A DNA stretch of 64,000 nt, from the NCBI GenBank assembly GCA_963745035.1, contig CAVUVW010000011.1, forward strand, positions 32,001 through 96,000, in the 5' to 3' direction. Position numbers and translations under genes: made by a program. This DNA comes from an uncultured delta proteobacterium. GTDB taxonomy: Bacteria; Desulfobacterota; Binatia; UBA9968. Under the pieces are notes generated by a model. That model had not been told where the DNA came from. It did no database searches and saw nothing but the letters and a program-made list of their open reading frames with translations. Below, piece by piece: positions 42,949 to 53,691 of the stretch (within the stretch, counting starts at the first letter, position 1; every line of letters begins with the position of its first letter).

Positions 42949-43807
42949 CTATTGATCAATGGCCGAGAGTAGCGATAACCGACCATTTGCCGGCTCGGAG
43001 CGGTACTCGATCGGTGTTGAACGGTCGCTGGCTGCGCGCGCGTAAATGCGGTCCAGCACCGCGGCAGTCAGCTCTGCTACGGTCCCATCGAACACGACGC
43101 GGCCGCGCGACAAGGCCGATCACTCGATCGGCGAATGCCTTGGCAAACTCTACCTGATGGAGGCTCACGATCGCGGTGAGATGTTCCGCTTTGGCGATTC
43201 GGTGTAGCAACGACAGCACGTGCCGCGCGGTTGCCGGGTCGAGGCTGGCGACCGGCTCGTCGGCGAGGATCAATTTGGGCCTCTGCGCCAGCGCGCGCGC
43301 GATGCCGAGGCGCTGCTGCTCGCCGCCGCTCAAACGATCCGCTCGCTCCATCGCCTTATGCGCGAGCCCCACTTGGTCGAGAGCCGCCAGTGCCAAAAGC
43401 TTGTCCTCCCGAGGCAGCGGCAGGAGGCTGCGCAGCGCGCCGTGAAAGCCGATACGGCCCATGAGGACGTTATCCAAGGCGGAGTATCGACCGATCAACT
43501 GATGCTGCTGGAAGATCATACCGGTTTTAAGCCGATGGGTTCGAATGGTGCGCCGGTCATTGAGCTCTCCCAACTCCCCGACCCGAATCTCGCCGGTAGA
43601 AGGAGCGTTCAAGAGATTGAGGCAGCGCAGCAGTGTCGATTTCCCGGCGCCTGAGGGACCGAGCAGGACAGTAAATTCGCCGCTGCGAAAGTCCAGAGAC
43701 GTGGGCCCAAGCGCAGTGACAGCGCCATAGATTTGACTGAGATTTCTGACCTGGATCACGCGATTTCCTTTGGCGAATTGATATTTACTCTCGATTTGAA
43801 TAGTCAC
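42949..43807 (-). CDS. ptxA: Phosphite/phosphonate ABC ATPase (indel near 43112)
   Basis: GPSGAGKS, IFQQHQLI, LSGGEQQR, ADEPVASLDP; true C-terminus GRVVFDG...IY in a shifted frame. Confidence 0.88.
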
Positions 43808-43834
43808 TGCGGACGACGAATGTGTGAATACAGA

Positions 43835-43852
43835 ATTACAGTTCGGTTAAAA
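43835..43852 (-). promoter_or_regulatory. Candidate Pho box
   Basis: TTTTAAC-CGAA-CTGTAAT, two half-sites 11 bp apart just upstream of ptxA. Confidence 0.5.
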
Positions 43853-44020
43853 TTCAGGCCGAGAATTTCCATCCCGCTGCTCGTCGGCCAAGTGATAAAA
43901 GCCGGCCCTTGCCGGCATGGAAAAAAAAGAGGAATCTAAAATTGTCCTGGCGGTGCGCTGCGCCGTTTTGCGCCAGGGTTTCTCCGGCGGCAGCAATACA
44001 GCGGTAAGGTGAATATTACG

Positions 44021-44605
44021 ATGGCTGGCGAAGATCAAAAAATATTCTTGTTACGCCACGGCGAAACCGAGTGGAGTCAGAATGGACGACACACCGGCGT
44101 GACCGATATTCCTCTTACAGAGAACGGGCGCTTGGCAGCGCGGCGTCTCGCTCCCATTCTGGCCCGAGAGATTTTCGCACTAGTTCTCACCAGTCCACTC
44201 CAGCGCGCTCGCGACACTTGCGAGCTGGCTGGTCTCGGCAAGCAGGCGCATGCCGCGACAGATCTCATGGAATGGAACTACGGCGAGTATGAGGGACTTA
44301 CAACGCAGCAAATTCGCCAGACACGACCGGATTGGTCGGTTTTCCGCGACGGTTGTCCGGGCGGCGAGTCGCCGGAGCAGGTCGGCGCGCGCGCTGATCG
44401 TCTGCTCGTCAAAATTCGCGCCACCGAGGGAAACGTCGCCCTATTCGGCCACGGCCATTTTTCCCGTGTTCTCGCGGCGCGCTGGATCAACCTGCCGGCA
44501 AGCTACGGCGAGCACTTTCTGCTCGATACCGCGACCTTGAACGTGCTCGGTTATTATCGCGAATCGCCGGCGTTGAAGATGTGGAATGCGCCGCTGCCAC
44601 GCTAA
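44021..44605 (+). CDS. Histidine phosphatase family protein
   Basis: LRHGETEWS, TSPLQRA, EWNYGEYEG, GHGH. Confidence 0.92.
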   Translation: MAGEDQKIFLLRHGETEWSQNGRHTGVTDIPLTENGRLAARRLAPILAREIFALVLTSPLQRARDTCELAGLGKQAHAATDLMEWNYGEYEGLTTQQIRQTRPDWSVFRDGCPGGESPEQVGARADRLLVKIRATEGNVALFGHGHFSRVLAARWINLPASYGEHFLLDTATLNVLGYYRESPALKMWNAPLPR

Positions 44606-44809
44606 TATTCGCGAAGGCCGCTGATATCGTATGTTCCGCGCGACGAGGCCGTCTGAAATTCATATAGGCAGATCCTCTCATGAAGATTTAAAGGATGTAT
44701 TGGTAACATTTTTCCCAGGTGTTAGATTCTCTACGCATCGAAGCAGTAATCAGCGGTAAGATATTACTTGCCATCTGCCATTATGTGGCAGCCAGAAAGG
44801 AGAAAAACC

Positions 44810-44929
44810 ATGTCTAACCACGGCAGTGAAAGCGAGAACCCAGTAATCCCCTCGCCGACTCCCAAGCGGATTCGGCCCAGGACGAACAGGGACTGGTGGC
44901 CGGATCAGCTGGAGCTCTCAAACTTCTAA
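44810..44929 (+). pseudogene. katG: 5' remnant of catalase-peroxidase
   Basis: AAAGGAG RBS; [37 protein letters not shown], then abuts the racemase stop. Confidence 0.78.
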
Positions 44930-45605
44930 AGCAAGGGTCACTGCCTTATCGACGTGAATAGCCATGGTATCAAAGAGTCGCAAGGGCGTGTCTTCCTGGC
45001 GGATCAGCAAAGGGAGTTCCGTGCAGGCTAGTACCAGAGCTTGCGCTCCGGCGCGTTGCAGATCGAGGATGATGGCGAGTAGTTTTGCTTTCGAGTCACC
45101 CATCAGCTTGCCTGCGCACAACTCATTTAAATAACCTCGTGAACGCAGGTTCTCTGTCGTTCGCCGGGGAGTAAGACGTCGATGCCTCGGCTGCGCAAAC
45201 GGTCTCGATAAAAATCTTGCTGCATCACGAATTTGGTGCCCAGCAGGCCAACCCTCCGGATTCCCGCGGCCGCAATCGCCTCTCCGGCGGCGTAGGCGAT
45301 GTGCAACAGTGGAATCTTGATCTCTGCTTGCACGGAGTCGGCAGCTTTGTGCGCCGTATTCGACGCCAGAAGAATAAACTCGACTCCCGCCCGCTCCAAA
45401 CGTTTGGCTGCGTCAACCAAAACTACAGCGAACTCCTCCCAGCGCTCATCCAATTCGAGCTGCGCTACCGGCTCGAAGTCGAGGCTATACATGACCAGCT
45501 TGGCGGAATGCGCCGGTCCTAATCGCGCTTTCACTTGCTCATTGATCGGTAATACTCTGCCGAGGACTCCCAACTCATGCCGCCGATGATGCCGATCGTT
45601 TTCAT
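44918..45605 (-). CDS. Aspartate/glutamate racemase family protein (indels near 45547 and 45125)
   Basis: [43 protein letters not shown]. Confidence 0.85.
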
Positions 45606-45898
45606 GGCAGTCTCCTGTGCGCGGTCGCTGTCGGTTTTGTACTGCGGCTGGACTGGTGAGTGTTTGGACCGGGAAGACGCCAGGCCGCCATTCGGTCGAA
45701 TAGACTTACAGCAAACCGGCGGAAGAAGCCTCGCGATGATTCGCTCGCCGCATCGCCCTGCCTAGTTGAATACATTGCCCAATCCCGCTCGACGCGCATG
45801 CGATCGGCTTTGCTCAAACGTTGCTCGCAGACCGGACCGCGGCAGCAGCGGCAGATAAGAAAAACGCCGCAATCTTCCGTGTGAAAGAAGTGTTTCAT
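45602..45898 (-). CDS. Hypothetical protein, Cys/His-rich N-terminus
   Basis: GGAGG RBS; stop overlaps racemase ATG. Confidence 0.6.
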   Translation of the reverse strand: MKHFFHTEDCGVFLICRCCRGPVCEQRLSKADRMRVERDWAMYSTRQGDAASESSRGFFRRFAVSLFDRMAAWRLPGPNTHQSSRSTKPTATAHRRLP

Positions 45899-45958
45899 GG
45901 CTATTCCTCCGATCGGTTCTCCTATGTGGAGTGGAATTTAGCCAGTCCGCCGGATAGA

Positions 45959-46045
45959 GTACAGATTCAGTTATTTGAAATTAACACCATAACAGTCATT
46001 AAATCTCACAACTGTGCTCATCGATCTATACGGCGACTGTATCTG
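45959..46045. promoter_or_regulatory. Candidate MocR-type operator region
   Basis: Repeated ACAG/CTGT sites (TACAGAT, TAACAG, ACTGTG, ACTGTATCTG) in an AT-rich divergent intergenic region. Confidence 0.4.
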
Positions 46046-46057
46046 CCGGGGAAATAA

Positions 46058-47509
46058 ATGGAGCGCTATACTCGGGCCATGCTGGGACAAGAAACGAGAA
46101 ACGAGGCGTTGTTGTACCAACAGGTGGCGGATCACATCACCAAGCTGATCGATCAGGGTACACTCCACGCCGGCGAGCGTCTTCCATCGATAAGAAAACT
46201 GAGCTCGCAGATGGATGTGAGTATTTCCACCGTGCTCCAGGCTTACATGATCCTGGAGGACAAGGAATGGATCGAGGCGAAACCTCAGTCGGGATTTTAC
46301 GTTAGGCCGAGGCGCAGCCTGCCGCCCGAGCCCAAGACTTCGAGCCCCTCACTTGTCGTGACGCGCGTCGGGGTGAATGAGTTGGTCGCCCAGGTTTTTC
46401 AGTCCGCGCACGACCCGGAAACGGTTCAGCTCGCGCTATCGACGCCGAGCCCGGATCATCTTCCGGTCAAACGGTTGAATCGCCTGATGGCGGCGGCGAC
46501 GGGCAGGGCCGGAGCCCGCGCTCTGAGCTACGATTTTCCGCCGGGATATGCTCCGCTGCGCCATGAGATCGCGAAGCGATTGATGGATTCCGGGTGCCGG
46601 CTATCGGAAAGCGAGATCGTCACCACCAACGGAACCATGGAGGCGCTCAATCTTTGCCTTCGCGCGGTGGCGAAAGCAGGGGATGTCATTGCGATCGAAT
46701 CGCCGGCGTTTTACGGTACCTTACAAATCATCGAGAGCCTCGGTATGAGGGCTTTGGAGATTCCCACCGACCCGCGCGACGGAATCATTCTGAGCGCGCT
46801 GGATTCCTCGATGAGAAGGCAAAGAATCAAAGCATGCCTGTTTGTCACGAACTTCAGCAATCCGTTGGGTAGCTGCATGCCGGACGCCCATAAGAAGGAA
46901 TTGGTCGAGCTGCTCGCACGGCGCGAGATTCCATTGATCGAAGATGATATCTACGGCGATTTGTATTTTGGCGCGGCGCGACCACGGACGGCAAAGGGCT
47001 ACGACAAGAAGGGGCTAGTGCTGCTGTGCTCGTCATTTTCGAAGACGTTGGCGCCGGGCTACCGTGTCGGCTGGACTTCGCCGGGACGGTTCAGGCCTCA
47101 GGTCGAAAGTCTCAAGTTTACCAGCTCGATGGCGACCGCTACGGCGCCGCAGATGGCGATCGCGGATTTTCTGCAGAGCGGAGGGTATGATCGTTATCTG
47201 AGAAAGATCCGCCGCATTTTGATGACGCAGGTTCAGCAGATGAGCAACGCCATGGGCAGATATTTTCCCGACGGGACAAAGGTCACCAGGCCTCGGGGAG
47301 GCTGCGTGCTCTGGGTCGAACTGCCGCGCCCCGTGGATTCGATTGAGCTGCATCGCCGGGCGCTGGAACAGAAGATCAGCATTGCGCCCGGCCCGATCTT
47401 CTCGCCGAAGCAGAGGTACAAGAATTTCATTCGACTGAGCTGCGGCCTGCCGTGGTCGGAAAAAGTCGATAGGGCCGTCGCGACCCTGGGAGAGTTGGCT
47501 CGGCAATAG
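46058..47509 (+). CDS. MocR/GabR-type GntR regulator with PLP aminotransferase domain
   Basis: GERLPSIRKL, PQSGFYV, IEDDIYG, SSFSKTLAPGYRVGW. Confidence 0.93.
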   Translation: MERYTRAMLGQETRNEALLYQQVADHITKLIDQGTLHAGERLPSIRKLSSQMDVSISTVLQAYMILEDKEWIEAKPQSGFYVRPRRSLPPEPKTSSPSLVVTRVGVNELVAQVFQSAHDPETVQLALSTPSPDHLPVKRLNRLMAAATGRAGARALSYDFPPGYAPLRHEIAKRLMDSGCRLSESEIVTTNGTMEALNLCLRAVAKAGDVIAIESPAFYGTLQIIESLGMRALEIPTDPRDGIILSALDSSMRRQRIKACLFVTNFSNPLGSCMPDAHKKELVELLARREIPLIEDDIYGDLYFGAARPRTAKGYDKKGLVLLCSSFSKTLAPGYRVGWTSPGRFRPQVESLKFTSSMATATAPQMAIADFLQSGGYDRYLRKIRRILMTQVQQMSNAMGRYFPDGTKVTRPRGGCVLWVELPRPVDSIELHRRALEQKISIAPGPIFSPKQRYKNFIRLSCGLPWSEKVDRAVATLGELARQ

Positions 47510-47639
47510 GTAGTGAGTTATCGTGTGTTGCTCGTGATTCTGAAACTTTTAGCTGCCGGTGCAACTCAACTGCAGAGAGACCGCAAGTCTGACAGACCCG
47601 AAACTAAGAAGCCATCGGCGTGCAGCGCAAAGTACTTTT

Positions 47640-48116
47640 ATGGCTGAAGCGCGACAACCTCCGAAAGGTTTCAAAGAGCCGAATGCCATCGACCGGATGA
47701 TTAACCGTGCGTTTGGCTTTCTATTGAAGGCGGGTATCGGTTTGCCGCACAATTATTTATTGGAAGTTCGCGGACGCAAAACCGGCAGAACCTACGCGAC
47801 ACCGGTCAACGTGCTCGAACACGGAGGCAGGAAGTATCTGGTCGCGCCGCGCGGTTATACCCAGTGGGTTAGGAATGCGGAAACAAGCGGCGAAGCGGCC
47901 TTGGTCAGAGGCGCCAGGCGCGAGAGAATAAGGTTAAGGGCTGTTCCGGATCAAGCAAAGGCAGAGCTTCTCAAAATCTATCTCGATCGCTTCAAGCTGA
48001 CGGTGCAGCGCTATTTTCCGATCCCGGCCGGATCGTCTAAGGAATCTTTTGCGCCGCTATCCGGACGTTATCCTGTCTTTGAGCTGACCCGAAATGAGGC
48101 GGCGTCAGATAATTAA
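47640..48116 (+). CDS. Deazaflavin (F420)-dependent nitroreductase-like protein
   Basis: LLEVRGRKTG..YATPV, WVRNA, YPVFEL. Confidence 0.78.
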   Translation: MAEARQPPKGFKEPNAIDRMINRAFGFLLKAGIGLPHNYLLEVRGRKTGRTYATPVNVLEHGGRKYLVAPRGYTQWVRNAETSGEAALVRGARRERIRLRAVPDQAKAELLKIYLDRFKLTVQRYFPIPAGSSKESFAPLSGRYPVFELTRNEAASDN

Positions 48117-48131
48117 CGAGGGAATGGAGCT

Positions 48132-48716
48132 GTGGCTAACGAAGAACAGAATGTCTCTCTACTGCGCCACGGGGAGACGGAGTGGAGCAGGAGCGGAAAG
48201 CACACGAGTGTGACCGATCTTCCGTTGACCGAGAACGGACGGGCGGCCGCGCGACGCTTGCGGTCTCTTCTAGCCGCGCAAAAGTTTGCGCGAGTGCTGA
48301 CGAGCCCGCTCCAGCGTGCGCGCGAAACCTGCGAGCTCGCCGGCCTCGGTGCGCAAGCGGCGATCGAGCCTGACCTCATGGAATGGAACTACGGAGAGTA
48401 CGAAGGGCTTACGACAAAGCAAATTCGTCTGGCCAGGCCTGGCTGGTCGCTCTTTCGAGACGGCTGTCCCGGCGGCGAGTCACCGGATCAGGTTGCCGCG
48501 CGCGCCGACCGCGTTGTCGACAAGATCCGCGGCACGGATGGAGACGTTGTGCTGTTCGCGCACGGCCATATTCTGCGCGTGCTTGCGGCACGCTGGATCG
48601 ACTTGCCGGCAAGCCATGGTGAGCACTTCTTACTCGATACGGCGACGTTGAGCGTGCTGGGCTACTACCGCGAGCAACCCGCTATTAGGATCTGGAACGC
48701 GCCGCTGACGGTCTGA
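48132..48716 (+). CDS. Histidine phosphatase family protein (paralog of 44021)
   Basis: LRHGETEWS, EWNYGEYEG, AHGH. Confidence 0.92.
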   Translation: MANEEQNVSLLRHGETEWSRSGKHTSVTDLPLTENGRAAARRLRSLLAAQKFARVLTSPLQRARETCELAGLGAQAAIEPDLMEWNYGEYEGLTTKQIRLARPGWSLFRDGCPGGESPDQVAARADRVVDKIRGTDGDVVLFAHGHILRVLAARWIDLPASHGEHFLLDTATLSVLGYYREQPAIRIWNAPLTV

Positions 48717-48875
48717 GATTCGCGAAGAGCACGGCCCACCCCGGGAGTGAAATTGAGCGTTTGTTTGTGGAAGAGGCACGAACGTGATGAACTGATCGGC
48801 GCCAAAAACCGGGAAGAGCTTTTCGGTTTTCGCACCGCATGAGAAAGCGGCGGCGATTCCTGGGAGGATGACCGC

Positions 48876-49624
48876 ATGATATTTCGCGTAGCGACTTTGA
48901 ACTTGGAGCAGGACCAGAGACGTTGGGAGGCGCGCCGGAACCTCGTGGTCGCCCAATTTGCTAAGTTGCGTCCCGATATTTGGGCGCTCAATGAGATTCA
49001 TATCCCGAGTCAGACGGGACGGTGGTTGCAGCGCGCTGCGGCGCAAGCGAGTGGGACGAGATACGCTTTGGTGCAGCAGTCCAAGGCCGGCGAAGACGGG
49101 CGCGCCCAGGCAGAAGGGCTGCTCACGCGCTATCCGGTGGTCGAGTCGGCGAATCTCGACTATCACTCGCATGACTGCGTTGCCTTGGTCGTCCGCTTGG
49201 AAATCGACGGCCGTTTGCTCGACGTCTACGTGACTCATTTGATTGCCGCCAAGGTCGCCGATTCGGCGCGGCAGCATCAAGCGGCTTTGCTTCTGGATTG
49301 GATGCGGACGCGCGCCGACGCGGTCGGTGCGGTCGTTTGCGGGGACTTCAACGCGGCGCCCGATCAGCCATCGATCCGCACATGGCCGCGGCTTTGCGCG
49401 CGACGCAAAGCCAACCGACCGCCTTCACGCCGCTGCGCGAGCCCGATGGCGAGCCCACCCATCCGGAGTGGCCGCGCTTCGATCGCTGCATCGACTACAT
49501 CTGGGTATCCGCGTCGATCAAAGTTCACGCCACCGGTTTGTGCTTCAACGAGCCGGCCGCGGACGATCCCAACCTGTGGCCGTCCGATCACATCGGTGTA
49601 TGGGCCGATTTGGAGCTTGCTTGA
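48876..49624 (+). CDS. Endonuclease/exonuclease/phosphatase family protein (indel near 49380)
   Basis: RVATLN, THL, CGDFN, IDYIW, PSDH. Confidence 0.85.
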
Positions 49625-50098
49625 TAAGCTGAGTAGTTTGCCCTTTACGGTTTTTTCGGCACGAGGCGGCGCGCCAGGCCCACCGACACTAGCGCAATCG
49701 AGATCGCGATGACACCCATGGCCATGCCGGCGGCGGGACTGCGTCAGCGATGTATTTGGGATGCTCGTTGCCACGTCGACGTGACGGCTGGTGATCTGGG
49801 CGAAGCGCGCCTTGCCAAAGCGCTTGGCGGTGTTAAGCACCAAATCCCGCAGCGGCGCAAGAATTTGTCGGCGCTCCTGACAATCCTGCGCGGCAGAGGG
49901 CGGCAATGCCGTCGCATGCGATAGATGCGCTGATCAAATGCCACGGCGACCCGTCTTTCAAGCAGGTGGAAATCGCGTCAGAGCTGCGGGAAAGCGCTTG
50001 TTTCGTTGTGGCGGTTGGAATAGATTGGCCGATAGTTGGCAAACAACGTCGCGTACACTGGGACTTTCGCGGTTAAACGATAAACTAAGGAGACTGCC

Positions 50099-51124
50099 AT
50101 GATCGACATGCATGCCCATTGGAGGCCCGCCGAGCTGATCGACGCCCTGCGCGCCCGCACCAAGGAACCGCGCATCGTACGCAATCAGGACGGCGTAGAA
50201 GTGGTGAAAAGCCGGATCGGCGAGGAGCCGGTGTCCAAGGCGTTTGATGACGTGGACTTCCATCTCGCAAGGATGGATCGCCAGGGCGTGAACACCAGCG
50301 TGCTGTCGCTGCTCGGCGCGTACTGCTGGATCGAGTCGCAGCCGATCGAGGTTTCGCTGCCGCTTTGCAGGATGGTCAACGACGCGCTGTCGAGGCTTTG
50401 CCAGCAATACGAGGGGCGCTTCAGTGCGTTTGCCGCGCTGCCGCTCGTGGATATGTCCGTCGCCGCCGCCGAGTTTGAGCGCGCGCTGGCGCTGCCGGGC
50501 GTGGTCGGCGCGCAAGTGCCGGGAAACGGGTTTTTAACCAAGAAGGACGCCGAGGCCATGCGCCCGCTGTTGGAAGTGGCGAACCGGCGCCGTGCGATCG
50601 TGTTCATTCATCACGGTCCGCGGCCTGGCGATGCGTTTCCCAAGGTATCCGGCGACACCGACAACGCGCGCCGCCGCAACGGCACGCTCGACATGCAGGC
50701 GAGCTTGTCCTCGGTGATGGTGACCTTGTGCCTCACCGACTACCTCGCGCCGTACCCCGATGCGACGGTCCTGGTTCACAATCTCGGCGGCAATATTCCC
50801 TACGAGATCGAGCGCATGGATCACCGCTGCCTGCTGGACTCAGCGACGGAGGAACTGCCGTCGTCGCGCTTCCGCCGCGCGAAGGTGTTCGTGGATTGCA
50901 ACTCGTTCGGCCCGGGCGCGATCGAGGCTGCGGTGCGCTTGTACGGCGCCGAGCGCATCGTGTGCGGCACCGACGGAACCGAATTCGGCTGCGAGTGGAC
51001 CAGCAAGGCGCTTGCGGAAGCGCAGATCGGCGAGGAGGCGCGCGAGAAGATCCTGCGCAGCAATGCCGCAGCGATGATGTCGCGGCTCGCCAAGGTCGCG
51101 CAGCGCGAAACAGTCGCCGCGTAG
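50099..51124 (+). CDS. Amidohydrolase_2 family protein (ACMSD-like)
   Basis: IDMHAH, FAALP, FIHHG, HNLGG, GTD. Confidence 0.87.
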   Translation: MIDMHAHWRPAELIDALRARTKEPRIVRNQDGVEVVKSRIGEEPVSKAFDDVDFHLARMDRQGVNTSVLSLLGAYCWIESQPIEVSLPLCRMVNDALSRLCQQYEGRFSAFAALPLVDMSVAAAEFERALALPGVVGAQVPGNGFLTKKDAEAMRPLLEVANRRRAIVFIHHGPRPGDAFPKVSGDTDNARRRNGTLDMQASLSSVMVTLCLTDYLAPYPDATVLVHNLGGNIPYEIERMDHRCLLDSATEELPSSRFRRAKVFVDCNSFGPGAIEAAVRLYGAERIVCGTDGTEFGCEWTSKALAEAQIGEEAREKILRSNAAAMMSRLAKVAQRETVAA

Positions 51125-51441
51125 TCCTAGCGCGGGCAGAGAACGGGCGTTGAATCCTAACTTTTGACATTTACGGTTTCGCCTCAATCGATTTTCCTGC
51201 CATCATCCAAAGTAATGATTTGACCCTGACGCTTGCTGCGGGCCAGAAAAAGGGTGGTTTAAAGTTCCTATACAGAAGCGGTAACGCGGCGGGACTTGAG
51301 TCGGGCAATCGCGCCAAGCGCATCGGCGATCAATTCGATTTGCGATCGAGACGATCATGAAACCATGCTTCGGTATTCTTGAAGCAGGGTCCATGTTAAA
51401 ATACTAGGAATTCCGGTAATGGCCGATGTGAGGAGGCGGGC

Positions 51442-53229
51442 ATGAGCAATCGCTGGAAGAGAGGGGCTCAATTCATTCTCTTGTTGGTTTTTGCCATTTA
51501 TTGTCAGGCGGCCATATCCCAGCAAAGACCTGATAGCAATCTATTGGTTCTGACCGGCGCGACGGTCATTGATGGGTTGGGAGGTTCTCCAATTCCAGAA
51601 GCAGTTGTTCTGGTTGAAGGAGATAAGATCAAAGCCGTCGGAGCGAAGGGAACAAGCTATCCTTCGGGTGCCACCGTTGTAGACCTGTCCGGAAAGGTCA
51701 TCATCCCCGGGCTGATCGACTCGCACACTCACTATGAGGAGTGGATGGGCGAGATGTTTCTCAACCACGGCGTAACGTCCATTTACGCGGTGGGCGGCGA
51801 CTGGGGCCGGGCGAAGGAACGCTCCCAGCAGAGCGACGCAAGAACGCCGAGGATTTACGACTCGGTCGGGGTCCTGCGGCATGCGCCTTCGATGACGCAG
51901 GAGCAGGTCCGCCACTCCGTGCGGCAATGGCTGCAGAAGAAACCGGATTTTGCGACGCTGGGCTCGTTCAATGACCGCAACAAGCAGGTGTACCAGTGGA
52001 CTGCGGAAGAGGTGCATCGCGCCGGCTTGATTGTCTTCGGCCACACCGAACATGCGCCGGACTCCATCCGGGCCGGACAGGACGTCGTCGAACACATCTG
52101 GGGTTTCTCACAGCCAACCATGTCTCCCAAGGAGCTGGAGGACTTTCAGAGCGGCAAATATTTGCATTGGGCCATGTTCTTGAGGGATTGGACGAAGCTC
52201 GATCAGTTGATCAAGGACGCGGTCGGCCGCGGCGCCTACATCAACCCCACATTCTATTTCGAGCTGGGCTCGTTGAGCGCGTTCGCGGTGCGTCACGAGC
52301 AGGAAGCTTATCGTGCCTATGGCCATCCCTCGCTCATGGCCTATTTCCCGCAGGGCATTGCCGACTCGTTGCTCCAAAAGCAAAGGCAAATCAGAAATTT
52401 CTCGGCCAAGTATGAAAACCTTGTTCTCCTGTCCGGGCTGCCCGCTGCGGAGGCGGAAGAATTCCGGCAAGGTTACAAGCTTGCGGGTGAATTCCTGAAA
52501 CGGTTTGTGAATGCCGGAGGCAAGATCCAGGCGGGAACGGATTCGCCGTCCGGAGGCACGCCCGGGCTCAGCCTCTTGCACGAAATGGATCTGCTGGTTG
52601 AAGCAGGATTGACGCCGATGCAGGCGCTGCAGTCGGCCACCGGCTGGTCGGCGGACAAGCTCGCCGGCAAGGGACGGGCGATGGGGAATCCAAAGGTGGG
52701 GTCGCTCGCGGAAGGGTCCTTCGCCGATCTCGTGGTTCTGGGCGCCAACCCATTGGAGGACATCACCAGTACGCGCAAGATCGAGCGGGTCATGAAGGGC
52801 GGGAAGTTCATCGCTCTCGGTTACACCCCTTCCTATTTCACGTTCACCAGGACCCCGCGCCGAATCGCGATGGCGACCCCGACGCCGGAGATCAGCGCAA
52901 TTACGCCTCACACTGTGGTTGAAGGCAGTGCGGCGTTCGAGATGACGGTGGAAGGCGTAGGCTTCGGGGCATATTCCGTGGTCCGGGTCGGCGGCATGTC
53001 AGTGCCGACCACATTCGTCGATCCGCGGACATTGAAGGTCACGATCCCGGCGGAGGTCTTTGCCCGCGCCACACCAAACCGTTTCGATGCCCCCGGCCCG
53101 GCGCAGAGAGTCGGCGTCTTCGGAGACAGGACTGCGCTGATTTCGGTCTACAATCCGCCTCCCGAAGGTGGAACCAGCACCACCATTTCGCTGCGCATAA
53201 GGGCCAAGGGAGGCCTGACCGGAGATTAG
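51442..53229 (+). CDS. Exported amidohydrolase with C-terminal IPT/TIG-like domain
   Basis: Signal peptide; PGLIDSHTH, AGTD, GSLAEGSFADLV; C-terminal PEISAITP..VYNPPPEGGTS. Confidence 0.82.
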   Translation: MSNRWKRGAQFILLLVFAIYCQAAISQQRPDSNLLVLTGATVIDGLGGSPIPEAVVLVEGDKIKAVGAKGTSYPSGATVVDLSGKVIIPGLIDSHTHYEEWMGEMFLNHGVTSIYAVGGDWGRAKERSQQSDARTPRIYDSVGVLRHAPSMTQEQVRHSVRQWLQKKPDFATLGSFNDRNKQVYQWTAEEVHRAGLIVFGHTEHAPDSIRAGQDVVEHIWGFSQPTMSPKELEDFQSGKYLHWAMFLRDWTKLDQLIKDAVGRGAYINPTFYFELGSLSAFAVRHEQEAYRAYGHPSLMAYFPQGIADSLLQKQRQIRNFSAKYENLVLLSGLPAAEAEEFRQGYKLAGEFLKRFVNAGGKIQAGTDSPSGGTPGLSLLHEMDLLVEAGLTPMQALQSATGWSADKLAGKGRAMGNPKVGSLAEGSFADLVVLGANPLEDITSTRKIERVMKGGKFIALGYTPSYFTFTRTPRRIAMATPTPEISAITPHTVVEGSAAFEMTVEGVGFGAYSVVRVGGMSVPTTFVDPRTLKVTIPAEVFARATPNRFDAPGPAQRVGVFGDRTALISVYNPPPEGGTSTTISLRIRAKGGLTGD

Positions 53230-53283
53230 CCGACTCTCTCTCATCGCGGCCGTGACAGTGAGTTTTCTTAGTAGGGGTCACCT

Positions 53284-53568
53284 GAGAGTCTGTGAAAAAA
53301 ATCATTTACAAAAGGTCGCCAAACGTTTGGCGGTATGAGATCGTTTTTTCATGAACGAACAAGCGATGTTGTTTGCAAAGCTGGCTGAGTCGGCGGCGGT
53401 TAACGAGTCGAGCGGCGCTGCGCAGGGCGCACCGCGAGTGCTGTTGGCCGAGCGCAATCAAATCGAGGGAGAAAAGGGTCAGGGATTGGGGGTCAGACTT
53501 TGATATCGATTCTGCTGAAAAAGTCCCATTCGAAAATTTAGGAAAAATCATTTCGCTCACAGATGCTC
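53284..53568 (+). mobile_element. Internally deleted IS1182-like element
   Basis: Imperfect IRs GAGAGTCTGTGA / TCACAGATGCTC; ORF start at 53351 reads MNEQAMLF...GAPRVLLAERNQIE. Confidence 0.6.
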
Positions 53569-53691
53569 TATAATGCACGATCGGAGTTTGGTTAATGATT
53601 TTGTTCATCCCGAATTTTCGTGAACAGAGGGTTTTTCAGCAGCATCGATATCACGACAATCATTCTCATCCGGTCGGCCTGCTTCGCCCAT

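Noticed and set aside
49630-50090. Short ORFs between the EEP and amidohydrolase genes
   Set aside because: No recognisable motifs or consistent frame; possibly decayed sequence, not callable.
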